A DNA stretch of 63,911 nucleotides, counting the filler, from Collodictyon triciliatum (taxonomy: Eukaryota): assembly GCA_043381765.1 (NCBI GenBank). It is 7 parts of 7 records of this genome, joined end to end, with 100 filler letters (N's around TTAATTAATTAA, not from the genome) between each part and the next. Parts side by side here need not be neighbours in the genome. Positions count along the whole stretch, not along the records: positions 34,256 to 45,582 come from JBHJMP010002434.1; positions 45,683 to 59,460 come from JBHJMP010002435.1; 5 more parts are not named here. One strand, 5' to 3'. Positions within the stretch are counted from its first letter, which is position 1. Each line of letters opens with the position of its first letter. The notes beneath the pieces were generated by a model that searched no databases, was not told where the DNA came from, and was given only the letters and a program-made list of their open reading frames with translations. Made by a program: the position numbers and the translations under genes. Below are positions 36,991 through 51,214 of the stretch, piece after piece.

Positions 36991-37954
36991 CTTTCGGTCA
37001 AATAGAAGAAAAAAATAAGCACCGGCANNNNNNNNNNNNNNNNNNNNNNNNNNNNNNNNNNNNNNNNNNNNNNNNNNNNNNNNNNNNNNNNNNNNNNNNN
37101 NNNNNNNNNNNNNNNNNNNNNNNNNNNNNNNNNNNNNNNNNNNNNNNNNNNNNNNNNNNNNNNNNNNNNNNNNNNNNNNNNNNNNNNNNNNNNNNNNNNN
37201 NNNNNNNNNNNNNNNNNNNNNNNNNNNNNNNNNNNNNNNNNNNNNNNNNNNNNNNNNNNNNNNNNNNNNNNNNNNNNNNNNNNNNNNNNNNNNNNNNNNN
37301 NNNNNNNNNNNNNNNNNNNNNNNNNNNNNNNNNNNNNNNNNNNNNNNNNNNNNNNNNNNNNNNNNNNNNNNNNNNNNNNNNNNNNNNNNNNNNNNNNNNN
37401 NNNNNNNNNNNNNNNNNNNNNNNNNNNNNNNNNNNNNNNNNNNNNNNNNNNNNNNNNNNNNNNNNNNNNNNNNNNNNNNNNNNNNNNNNNNNNNNNNNNN
37501 NNNNNNNNNNNNNNNNNNNNNNNNNNNNNNNNNNNNNNNNNNNNNNNNNNNNNNNNNNNNNNNNNNNNNNNNNNNNNNNNNNNNNNNNNNNNNNNNNNNN
37601 NNNNNNNNNNNNNNNNNNNNNNNNNNNNNNNNNNNNNNNNNNNNNNNNNNNNNNNNNNNNNNNNNNNNNNNNNNNNNNNNNNNNNNNNNNNNNNNNNNNN
37701 NNNNNNNNNNNNNNNNNNNNNNNNNNNNNNNNNNNNNNNNNNNNNNNNNNNNNNNNNNNNNNNNNNNNNNNNNNNNNNNNNNNNNNNNNNNNNNNNNNNN
37801 NNNNNNNNNNNNNNNNNNNNNNNNNNNNNNNNNNNNNNNNNNNNNNNNNNNNNNNNNNNNNNNNNNNNNNNNNNNNNNNNNNNNNNNNNNNNNNNNNNNN
37901 NNNNNNNNNNNNNNNNNNNNNNNNNNNNNNNNNNNNNNNNTTTATATAGTGCTA

Positions 37955-40595
37955 CAAACCAATATTTTGCTCAGTGGTCAGCAGAGATATAAAATGCGTG
38001 TACACTAAAAGCATGATAAACAATCTTAGAATGTAATATCGACTCTCTATTCTTACAATATCAGGCGTATTCTTGTAATTTCAAATAGGCAGAGAATATC
38101 ACAGCGATGGAATACATATAAGTGATGATAATTAAACAGACGAGGGTAATCAGGACACAAGGAAAGAATCCCTGTACGTCTTTTTAAACAAATCTTGTGG
38201 AATTTATCCAGTGAATCTATTTCTTCTTCGGATATAATAAATAATCTATTTGGAAGTGAATTTGGCGATATCTCTGGCCATTGAAGTTCTGTTGATGTGG
38301 CTGCTTGGTTGTGATTGTTGTTGTTGTTGTTGTTGTTGTTGTTTTGTTTCGTATATGCAGAGGTAATTAGTTAAGAAAAAGTATGACTCTTTTTTTATTT
38401 AGAGTACAAACAATTATGTATTATTCGACAGTATGCGGCTGCTATTTTGTATCTATGGTCAGTACCATTTGGGTCGGTGGTGATTTGAATTAGGAAATGG
38501 TTCATTTTTGGAATATTTTCATCCACATAAGGCTGCATTTCTGTCATGAAAGATTCTTTGTACCCAAACGATATTCCGCTTGATATTGCCTTGGTTTTTA
38601 GTATCAAATAAATGCATGATTAGGAAATAGCAGAATGAAAGTGGTATTAAATCAGCCTAATCGAAACTAGCAATCAATTCACAGATACTATGGGGTATTA
38701 AAATGAGCTAAATGCCTCATTCTCAACATACTTGTAATACTTTCCCCAATAAAATAAGATTTCTGCGCGGTGTAGGATGTATATTTATATCTTCATTTAT
38801 TATCCTCCTTTTATCTGGGCTAATAACTGCAGCATTCACAAATCTGGAGCAGATAGATATATTTACTGTAGTATGCGTTTGAAAGGGATATCGAAGAAAA
38901 GGATATTGCTTGTCCAGATAATAAGTAAAATATATTTGAATAAATAAACATCATGTTTTTTTGGTTAAAAAAGGGAGAGGAAGAGTTTAGATGGATCGCG
39001 CTGGTGTCTATATCTTAATTTACTCATGAAAAAAAATAATCAAGTATCTACCTCAGCATAAAAAATCCACCAATCAAGGCTTCAACTCCAGACGGGACAT
39101 TAGCCTCGGCGAAGATGCGAATGATATAGGCTAGCAATCTGAAAATAATTTAAACCCCCAGATGGAATGTAATCGACAGTCAAAAAATGAGAATGCATAA
39201 TGGTTGTTTTCGAAAGAAAAAAATAAGCACAGAAAATAATCTCCCTTTAGTTCATATATATGATTCCAAGAGGCCATTTAACAGTGGGAGTGTGCATACA
39301 TAATAATTTACCATGATAAAATAAAATAAAAATTGAACCTTATCCTTCTAGGCAGTCTTTCGATTGCTGATTCACTCATGATTCCGAAAAGAAGCTATCC
39401 ATTCAGAAGCATTAATTAATCATTTTCGTATTAAAGTATCGCTGATGATAAGATAAGTCTTAAATTATCTTGTAATTGACGAGTACATCAAGGATTTCTA
39501 TAATCAAGCAAAGGTGACTACTACTTTATCACATGCTGCTTGAATCTTATCCTTGTTTAATTTCACCACAGCATCAATTGTCTCTTGGGTGCATTCCGCA
39601 TTTTCGGCTTCAAACTGAGATTGAATTTTCCTGTACAAAAATAAAAATATAGCGATGTGAATGAATTTCACTATTTATTTGTTGGATGGACAGTTTGATA
39701 GGGTTATAGAAAAATGTCAGAAACAAAATGGTGTGAAATTTGCTAGTATTTTATTGAAGTAGATCTACACTGGGTCTATTTCGAAGCTGTCCTCCGTGTT
39801 TGACACAATTTCATAGATAGCTGCACCGATCGATGCAATCAGATATTCAGAGCCGGTGTCTTTTTAATGTATATAACGCAGTAGACTGGTCAATTACGGA
39901 GAAGAATATATAAATCAAATGATGTATGTTCATACTTGTTTGGAGAGATATCATCTTTGTAGCGATGTCATCATTCCTGCAATTTATTGAGAATATTAAA
40001 TATAGAATCTTAAAGACTAGTGATGGATTGCATCAACATCACACATCAGGAAACAAATAACAGGACGAATATTGATTGAAATTGGGAAACACCGTAATAT
40101 GCTCCCAGGAGTATTCACGTTGGCATCGAAGCTGTGCTTAACGAGTCCGTGCAACATGAGCGACACATAACCAGCCTTGTGTGAAAAGTCATGGACAATC
40201 TGTGCCACACTTTCGAGGTCGGAGCCGTCCAGACACGAGCATATTGCAGCCACGAAACTGCAACACAAAACGCAATTACTTTTTATTATTTACTTACATT
40301 TTTTTTTATTAACTGAACAGGCCCATTTATTCTCATAATTGAGCTCATCTCTTTGTCTGGGCTATTATTTCAACATTAAATATACTAATCTGTCGCATGG
40401 GGACAAATTAGTATCGCAAAGATCGCACGGTGGGGATAGAGAGAGAGTGTGTGAGAGTGTGTTATTGACTAGCACAAGATGGGCCCGTGTGAGCAGGTCT
40501 TTCACAAACTCTGGGTCGGAAGCCAGCTGATTGGCAAGGAGAAGATAAGGCTCGCGCAAGGCCACGTCATAGGTCAGGCTGAGCCGCAGATCCAT
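37955..40595 (-). CDS. RasGAP domain protein (neurofibromin-like), multi-exon; runs into gap without a visible stop
   Basis: GSILR|NDDIATKM, EYLIASI..FEIDP, ALIGGFFML|RFVNAAVISP (FLR signature), RRNLILLGKVLQ|AISSGISFGYKESFMTEMQPYV. Confidence 0.85.
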
Positions 40596-41334
40596 TCTTG
40601 CCCCGTCACTTTGCAGGGTTTCCTCTCAGTCTTGTGCCGATTCGTCTGTTGCAGCTTCGGCTGTTGCCTTCTTGTTGCTTTTTATTATTATTATTGCTGT
40701 TATCTGCCGCTACCTTGTGTCTGTGTCGAGCCATCGAGAGTGTTGGATTACAAGTGTACTTTTACACGAAGCGATGAGAAAGAAATGAAGAGAATCGTGG
40801 GAAAGTCGGGTTATGCCTCGGGGCTCAAAGCCAGCGTTTACAGTTGGCTGGTGATGGGCGATCTGACTCCATGAAGCCCGCAGCTTATTGTTCTTGTTTT
40901 TTGCACCGATCAGGGAGTAAAGCGCGTTATGCGTGACAGATCAGAGCAACATAAGGAAGACAATCTCTGTCGATTACATAATTGAATATGTGTCATATAT
41001 TTTCAGTATTTACATTGAATTGTCCTCTTTTAAGAAATTTTATATTGTAATATTATAACTTCCACGAATGTGCGTTACAGAAACCATCTCTTGTAGTCGC
41101 TTGCTTCTCGTTATTCGCGGGTGTTTATGCTCTGCCGTGCGGTGGCATTCGCGCCGAAGCCTGTCGGGTGGTTTGTGGTATTCTTTATGGGACTAACAAG
41201 CGGCTTGGGTGGCGGTGCAACATAGGCATGGCCCACGAGCCTTCCCATACGACCGGGTTGGGGACGTGGAAGGAAAAGCAGATAGAAACAGTGCGCGGTC
41301 GAAGAGGGTGCTGCGGTTGGAGGAGGGAATGTGG

Positions 41335-42970
41335 TTAACCAAAGTACTTTTTAGAGAGGCGAAGGAGCTGCTCGTTTGTAAGGAGGGTGATCATCACGTG
41401 AGGGGCGATGCGGACGTAGTAGGTCAGAAAGCCGCGGTAGAATGCCAAAGGCCCTTCCTGGCGGATGACTTGGCGCACGCAGTCGAGCGAGTTCTTGTAA
41501 GGCAGTGTGCCGTCTGGGTTGGGCTGCTGCTTCTGGATGCGTGTCTTGACAAAGTCAAACGGCAGGCTGAATGCCGACGCAAAGAACCCCGATATCATAG
41601 ATGCTGAAAACTCAGCACCAAAACCCTTCCCGAATTTGGATTGGAAGTATTCCTGCAGCGAGCGATTAGCCGTGTGATTGTGTGATTGTGTGATTTGATT
41701 ATGTGATTGATGATGTGATTGATGATGTGATTGATGATGTGATTGATGATGTGACTGATGATGTGATTGTGTGATTGTGTGATTGTGTGATTTGATGATG
41801 TGATTGATGATGTGATTGATGATGTGATTGATGATGTGATTGATGATGTGATTGATGATGTGATTGATGATGTGACTGATGATGTGATTGATGATGTGAT
41901 TGATGATGTGATTGATGATGTGATTGATGATGTGATTGATGATGTGATTGATGATGTGATTGATGATGTGATTTGGTGATGTGATTTCCTTCAATTGTAT
42001 GGTGAACCTTTGATTGGTCAAAAGAGGACAACATGGCCATGTTGAGGGACATCGCGCGGGTCACGGTCGGGATGCAGCCCTTCCAGAGAGAGGCGACTCC
42101 TTCCTCACGAATCATGCGGCTGGAGATTACAACCGTCAGCAAAATAAAATAAGATAAAATAAGAAAGTAAATATAAAAAGAGAGCTGCATCCGAGAAGAT
42201 TAGATGAGAGCAAAGAAAATGTCTAAGGGGCTGCACGCACGTCAGGGCATTGCCGACGCCCGTGTAGTTGCGGCGGCTCTCCGGAGGAAGCGTGCCGTCG
42301 GCCTGCATGCGGATGAGAGCCACGTCGGCCGGCGTGCCGATGATTGCGCCGAAGCCGCCTGCGCCGAGGCCGCACAGGACTTTGTAGATGAAGGGCAGCG
42401 GCCGGCCGGGCTCCTCCAGAGACGACGTCAGCTGCCGGTACATCCCGAGACGGGCGGTTGTGTACGTGGCCTGCGCCCGGTCGGTGTTTTGTTACAGAGG
42501 GAACCCTGAGTTTGCAGGCGGCGCGAGGAGGGCAACAGAAAGAGAGGGGGAGGCGTGGGGGACGAGGGATGAGGGATGAGGGACGAGGGACGTGCCTGCC
42601 GGAGAAGGGCTGCTGAAAGGCCGCGATACAGCGCAAGGAATCCTTCCTTCTGGATGACTTCTCGTGCAAGAAGAATGGGGCTTGCGTTTGCTCCTTTTCC
42701 GAGAAGTTGGATGCGCACCTTGACCATGTCTAGTAAAGGAGTTATTATTGTTTGTTTGTTTGTTTGTCTGTTTGTTTGTTTGTTTGTTTTTTTGTTTTTG
42801 TTTTTTGTTTTTGTTTGTTTTTTGTTTCTGTTTTTGTTTTTGTTTCTGTTTGTTTTTGTTTTTCACCGACCTATGGGCTGGATGCAGCATGTTGCCCACA
42901 TTCCAGAGACACCGCCGAGGACGAAGGGGGTCGCTTTCTTCCAGGCAGAACTGTTGCTGTTGCTGCTCAT
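41335..42970 (-). CDS. SLC25A11: Mitochondrial 2-oxoglutarate/malate (dicarboxylate/tricarboxylate) carrier, multi-exon
   Basis: PFVLGGVSGMWATCCIQPI|DMVKVRIQL, LYRGLSAALLRQ|ATYTTARLG, GTPADVALIRMQADGTLPPESRRNY, PTVTRAM, SLPFDFVKTRIQK, YYVRIAPH: three PX[DE]XX[KR] carrier signatures. Confidence 0.93.
41672..41985. repeat. (TGATGATGTGAT)n intronic tandem repeat
   Basis: Directly visible 12-mer/8-mer array inside the last carrier intron. Confidence 0.95.
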
Positions 42971-43511
42971 GCTTTTTGAATCTGCCTGGCTTTGGTCTGT
43001 TATTTCGTCTTGTACATTTCATATTTTTTTTCTTTTTATCTTTCCTTCTTTTTTTCTGGCGTGTTCAGCTTCGCTCTTGCTCCACCTGGTTGCGCGTCCA
43101 GCTCATTGTACTTGTTTCCTTGTCAAAGCGTGTCTGTTGCTTTATTACTCGGTTTGATTTGAGTGTGCGTCATTCGATGCGTTGTGATGACTGTGATCGC
43201 CTTTTGTGTGGGTTTGCCAAGCAAAACTTTCCATGACATCATGATTTGTCCAGATGGACAGAATTTGCAACATTTGTGGCATATTTCCATTTCTTTTCAA
43301 TCCTTCACGTATTCAGAAGTGATACACACCAAATACATATAATGTGTAATATACACATATATTCAGAGCATATTTATAGACTTAATGGTGTATATTTACC
43401 AGCATATTCATATTATAAATTGATTTCCACAATGAAGTATATAGTATCGTACTTCTGCCACTTCTGGAATATGTTGCCGGGAAATTCTTTTGTCCGCCGT
43501 TTATTCGCTTC

Positions 43512-45382
<1,871 letters not shown>

Positions 45383-45483
45383 CTGATCCATATTAAAAAA
45401 AAAAGATTATATGTTACAATAATACAAAATATACAAAGTAATAAATATGAAAATGCAAAAAAATACAAGAGAAAGAAAGAGAG

Positions 45484-45582
<99 letters not shown>

Positions 45583-46216
45583 NNNNNNNNNNNNNNNNNN
45601 NNNNNNNNNNNNNNNNNNNNNNNNNNTTAATTAATTAANNNNNNNNNNNNNNNNNNNNNNNNNNNNNNNNNNNNNNNNNNNNTTTTTTTTTTTTTTTTTT
45701 TTTTTGAGAAAAAAAACATTTTATCTTGAAAACTCTAAAGCAGTCTGTCATTCCTCGCCCGTAACGCTTGGTGCTTCTTAACCTTTTTCCTTTTGATAAA
45801 TCACATTGATGTCACATTCCATAAAAAAAAAAAAACGTATATGAAGAAAAGGATTCTCTTTTTTTTTTTTTTTGAGTCTTGAACACAGAGCACACGATTT
45901 CTTATCTTCCTGTTAGGGAGGAAACCTATTGGTTTAAAGGATTTATTTATCATTAATTGCTTATTTTTTTCAAAGAGCGAAATTGATGTCAGAGGATGAA
46001 AACAATTTGGTTTCATTTCTTGGTCGACTCTTCATTTTTTTTTGTCAATTTTTTATTTTATTTTATTTTATTTTATTTTATTTTAATTGTTTGTGAGCCA
46101 GACGACATGCAATCAAAGTCGTCAAAATGTTTTGCGACTTTATCGCGCTTCGCCAAGTGGATGCGATTAAAGGAGGCGGAACCCTCTGTTAGGAGACAGA
46201 ATCGAAGGAGGCCGTC

Positions 46217-49180
46217 TTACGACTTTGCTGTCAGGAAGCGGAACAAAACAGAGGTTCCCGAAATCAAGCGACGAGTGACTGCCTCTGTGAATTCGTTGAA
46301 GTTGAGCCCTGAGCGCAGGACAGGCGGGCCAAACAGAGCCTGCACAGCCTACGCCGAGAAAAAGAACATCAGAAAGCAAACAAAGTCTTCAGTCGAGGAA
46401 TCAAGTACACTTGGGTGTTGGAAAACATGCATTACTCAATTATTATCCCACAAAAGAAAAGAAAAGAAAAGAAAGAGAAAAGGAAAAGGAAAAGGAAAAG
46501 GAAAAGGAAAAGGAAAAGGAAAAGGAAAAGGAAAAGGAAAAGGAAAAGGAAAAGGAAAAGGAAAAGGAAAAGGAAAAGGAAAAGGAAAAGGAGAAGGAAA
46601 AAGAAAGAGAGGGAATGTGCGGGCGAAGACCTTTTCTATGGCTTGGGTTGGGTCTTCGTTTGGTCTGCGTGGGTCCAAGCTATAAATGTCTCTAATCATG
46701 GTCTTGACTTCTTCTACACTGAGGGAGCCGTTGCATGATTTGTTGTAGAAGCGAAAGATAAAGATTAGGCGGAAGCGGCCGGTGGTTTTTGCTAGGTCGT
46801 GCGGGACATCTGCGCGCATGGCCAAGACCCCGTAGAGAAACTCATCGACACTGATTGTGCCGGAGCTGTCAAAGTCGAGGGCGCGGAAGAAATCGTTTGT
46901 GTGTTGGCGGATGAAGTGAGAGGCATTTTCTGTCTGAAGGAACTGCGCAAAGATATCACGGGTCATTTCTGGCTGACTTTCGCTTCCGTACTGATGGCAG
47001 TATTGCCTGTAGCAATTGTGGATGGACTGAACGTGCTCTGCATCGGAGCGGATTTCCAGGAGGAAAGCGGGCGCAAGACGGGTCATTGTGGAGAGCAGAA
47101 GCGAGTCCTGTGGCTTCGGTTGGGACTGGTGAATGCGCTTTTCCTCTCTGGTTGGAGAAGGCGGGCGGTTGGATTGAGACCAGGAGGACGAAAGGAGGCC
47201 CTGAGAAGACGACGATGACGAAGGCAGCTGCTCGCGTTGCGGTTGCGGTTGCGGTTGCAGTTGCAGTTGCGGTTGCAGTTGCGGTTGCTGATAAGGCGAA
47301 GGAGTGTCTCTTCGTGGGATAGGGCTGTATTGCAAGTCTGATTCGTTATCAAACTCTGACTGCGATTCTGACTGCGATTCTGACTGCGATTCTGACTGCG
47401 ATTCTGACTGCGATTGCAATTCAGCGGTGTGTTGAATCAGGAGCGGTGTCAAGAGCAGACTGCCAGTGCTTCCAGAGTCGTCGTGAGAGGGGTCGACATC
47501 GTGTGTGACGAGGATGATTGCGCCGTGGTTTTCCTTCGAGCCGCAGTAGTTGCGAGCAGAGAAGACGGTGAGGAGCTGGCCGCCTGCAAAGAACTCGTAG
47601 CCATTCTGGACGCACTCGTGGGAGCGGATGATTGCATCGAGATTTGAGTTGCGGCAGAAGCGGGTGACAACGTCAGTGCCGAAGCACTGTGTGGAGCCGC
47701 CGCGCTCGTTCTCTGTGATGCCGTAGATCTTGCTGTAAGGCACAGGGTCGTTCCAGAGGGCGTCTGCAGCGACGGGGTCTTCGATTTCGCTGAAGGGGAC
47801 GCGGACGGCGCGCAGGTCGTCCAAGGAGCGGAGATGGGAGCCGATGCCGCCGTGGACGACCAAGATGCGGTCTTGGGCCTGCCAAGCGCGGATGCGAGCG
47901 TTTGCGTTTGCATTTGCGTTTGCGTTTGCGCGGGGCGAGGATGACGGGAGCGGAGTCAGGGCCTGCAGGACGGCGCCGAGGGGCAGGTAGTCGAAGACGG
48001 CGTTGATGTCTTCGTAGAGGGCGGGCCCGTCGTGCGGGCCGTAGCGGGCAAGGCACTCGTCGTAGAGGCCAAAGTCCCTGTTTGTGGCGCGCAGCTCGTG
48101 GTTGCCGCGCACGAGCGTGATGCGGGGGGCGTAGAGCAGCTTGAGCGCAAAGAGGATGGCGACGACCTCGAGCGAGTGCGGCCCGCGGTCCACAAAGTCG
48201 CCGTTGAAGACGTAGTGGATGGCCAGGACGTCGCCGCTGTACGCGCACGGCCGCCCGTGCTGCCGGAACAGCTCCACAAGGTCGCCCAGCTGCCCGTGCA
48301 CGTCGCCAAAGACCTTGGCCGGCGCAAGCACGCTGACCACCGCCGTCGCCTGCGCGTAGCACCGCGTCCGCACGCTGCTGCACACGTCCCGCAGCTCCTC
48401 GTACCGCAGCCCGAACGCCCTGCCCTGGCCTCCGTCTGTGGCGGGCGGCGCGAACGTCCCTGCTCGCTCCACCGCCGTCTGCACAATCTGCTGCGCCGTC
48501 CGTCGCGCCCCGGCAAAGGCCGCGTCCCCCGCGTCTGCCGGCAGGAACGACAGCGACGGCGTCCGCAGAAACTCCGCAGGCACCGCCTCCGCCTCCCCCG
48601 CTCGTGCTGCCTGTCCGTGCAGATCCACACGCTCCTCCTGGTGCGCTGCAAACGGCGCGAAGCGCAGCCCTCCGCGGTTGGCCGTCCTGGGCTTGCTGTT
48701 GTTTGGTTCGGTGCGTGGGTGGGGTTTCTTTTGAAATGGTTTGTTTTGTTGTTTTGTTGTTTTGTTGTTTTGTCGTTTTGTTGTTTTGTTGTTTTGTTGT
48801 TTTGTTGTTTTGTTGTTTTGTTGTTTTGTTGTTTTGTTGTTTTGTTGTTTTGTTGTGTTGTTGTGTTGTTGTGTTGTTGTGTTGTTGTGTTGTTGTGTTG
48901 TTGTTTTGTTGTTTTGTTGTTTTGTTGTTTTGTTGTTTTGTTGTTTTGTTGTTTTGTTGTTTTGTTGTTTTGTTGTTTTGTTGTGTTGTTGTTTTGTTGT
49001 GTTGTTGTTTTGTCTTGGAGTGTGTTTTGCATAAACTCGGAACCACCCAGGGCGCCCCCTTTCAGATATGGATTCGGCACGAAGTGTATGATCACCCGAC
49101 TGTCGCACGGCCTCTGCATTTCCCGATGTTGTAAATGTGTCTGATTTGGATGAAATTGAATTTTCGTTGTGGTCGCACCT
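46217..49180 (-). CDS. PPP-family Ser/Thr phosphatase (PPKL/BSU1-like catalytic domain) with C-terminal EF-hands; 5' end unresolved
   Basis: GDVHG, GDFVDRG, RGNHE, HGG, RSHE and FSARNYCG motifs. EF-hand loops DFDSSGTISVDE and NKSCNGSLSVEE. Last exon ..AVQALFG..FTEAVTRRLISGTSVLFRFLTAKS* follows the (GGAAAA)n intron. The 971-aa ORF reads through microsatellite introns. Confidence 0.88.
48740..49010. repeat. (TTGTTGTT)n/(TTGTTGTG)n intronic microsatellite
   Basis: Directly visible. Other arrays: ~765-832, 11136-11229, 12168-12269, 34031-34155, 36076-36194, 43879-43970, 45467-45582, 46487-46590, 55515-55650, 60192-60308, 62049-62176. Confidence 0.95.
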
Positions 49181-50512
49181 GTCTGTTTTTCTTTTTAAAA
49201 AAAAAATAAACCCGAGATTGGACTGCTTGTGGCAACGAATATTTTTCAGACCCGATGGTGGCACCGTGTGACAGCTATGCACGTTGTTGGTGATCATTCG
49301 CCATCTTTGGTTTTTCGCTCCTTGCAATTGTCCTATTTTCAATATTGTCATACTTTTCCTTATGCAACATCTCTTTTACTTTCATTTTACTTTCATTTTA
49401 ATTTCAATTTTCTTCTCTCTTACTCTTTTCTCTTGTTCTTTTCCAAAACACATGAATTTCAGCTACACAATTCAGAAGTTTCAATGGTCTTGTTCACATT
49501 TAATTCTTGGTCTAGAGGCAGAAGCAGTTTCCTCGGCTTTATTTTCTCTTAATAAACTGCTGAAATGAAATCAAAGCAATTAAAACAGAAAAAAAAAAAA
49601 AACAGTTCAATCATAATAAACAAGACCGAGGAAACTACCTCCGACAAGAGGGCTGGACGAGACCATGAAAATCCTTGGTTTTTTTTTTTATTGTTACACA
49701 TGTACGTAGGCGGGAAAGAGAAAGAGAAAGGAGAGAATAAATGGAAATGGAAAAGAATGGGGGGCAGAAGTAACACAGGGAAAGGTGAAAGCGTTCGCTT
49801 TCAGAATACATCCAAGTCGATGGCTGAACTCTGATTTATTTTCTGGTCTACGATATAACGCCCATGTGATCGTAGGTTCAGCAATTCCCATTGCTTGCTC
49901 TCCCTTGTTGGTGCTCTCTGGAACATACATGCTATGGTGCTGGCTCTTTTGGTATGGATGAGCCGTATAATTTTTTCTTCAGTTGAGCTGTGGGCAGATG
50001 GGGCAATATTTTATTAAGTTAGCAGTCCCTTAGAACTACTTCTACATATAACCAAAAAAGGGCGAGTATCTAAAAAGTAGATGTTATTCTGACTTTTGTT
50101 TGTCTCTGTTAATGCTCTTGGTCCTCCCTTTTCTCGTATAGTATAGCCTTTCTGTCATAAGTGAATTGGTAAGTTATATACTAGAAACGATTTGGCTAGA
50201 GGTAAAAGGGATTGCAATTTAATGTGGAACTGCATTATTGTCTGATTTTGTGATGGATTCATAAAAGAACACACATTATTGCATTCAGATGTAGCTTTGA
50301 AATGAAAGAACTGTTTTATCTGTAGGTTCCAGAGGGGGGGGGGGGGGGGTGTTGAATTATCAGTACTTGATTTATTCCGGGAAAACAGGCATTGTAATAT
50401 GAGAAGAATTCAACTAGGAAACGTGGACAAAGGGGTAGGCCTTCGATTTTAGGTCGGAGTGTGGGTGAATTAAGACAGATGGAATGATTAAGACTTGGTG
50501 AATGAGTCGTAC

Positions 50513-50815
50513 TAAAGAGCCGAAGCCGCAGATTTTGTTCCGGTGCTTGAGGGAGATAACAATGCCATGGCTGTGGCTGTCTTGTGGCGAGCGTGTTCTA
50601 TGCGTGCAATGGTATCGTAGAAAACATGCTCCAGGAATGTTTTGAGAGCTTGCTTGTTTCTTTATATATGAGTCTAGATACACACTGGACACTGCTGCAG
50701 CTTGCAAGGCGGCGAATGACAGGCTTAGTGATGCCCATATGCTGCCACGCAAGACCTTGCGGTGGCGCTTGATGCCTCCTTTTATAAGTCGCTTCCCACA
50801 TTTTTCTCGGTCTAT
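50513..50815 (-). pseudogene. H4: Decayed histone H4 pseudogene
   Basis: Frame-corrected translation KGGIKRHRKVLRGSI/GITKPVIRRLA..VSRLIYKET../LKTFLEHVFYDTIARIEHARHKTATAM/IVISLKH..CGFG is collinear with canonical H4, with about three frameshifts and many substitutions. Confidence 0.88.
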
Positions 50816-51214
50816 CGTTCTTGAAAATGTGGGCCACGGTGACTGATTAGCACCTTTTGTGATTTTTGTGATTTTTGTGATTTTTGTGATTTTTGTTTCA
50901 ACTGAAATTATTTATATCTGGAAAATATTGCATTTTATGATTATAATTGTGTGGTGTTAAATATTCGAAGCTTTAGTATAAATAATACACATAATATTGC
51001 ATAAAGGTATTATATACAGAGGCCGCTCCTGTGACATCGAAATCATGAACCTGCTTTGTTACACCCTGGAAACACTGGCGATCAGAGCCCAAATCTCTTA
51101 TGCCTTTCTAATAATGACACAAAGGCCCAATTCCTATTCACCTGCTTGCTTCGATGAAAAGTAAACAAGAGAGGACTATACACTCAACTAATCACGATGC
51201 TTCCCCGCCAGTAG

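Noticed and set aside
41672-41985. Regular tandem arrays as possible CRISPR or telomeric repeats
   Set aside because: No unique spacers or cas genes, unit sequences differ from array to array, and most lie inside introns.
47673-49144. Long alternative-frame and antisense ORFs over the phosphatase, actinin, SOD-fold and GT92 genes
   Set aside because: Shadow ORFs of GC-rich coding DNA with no motifs of their own.
49694-50300. Possible upstream exons of the phosphatase
   Set aside because: No phase-consistent link or recognisable domain could be established.
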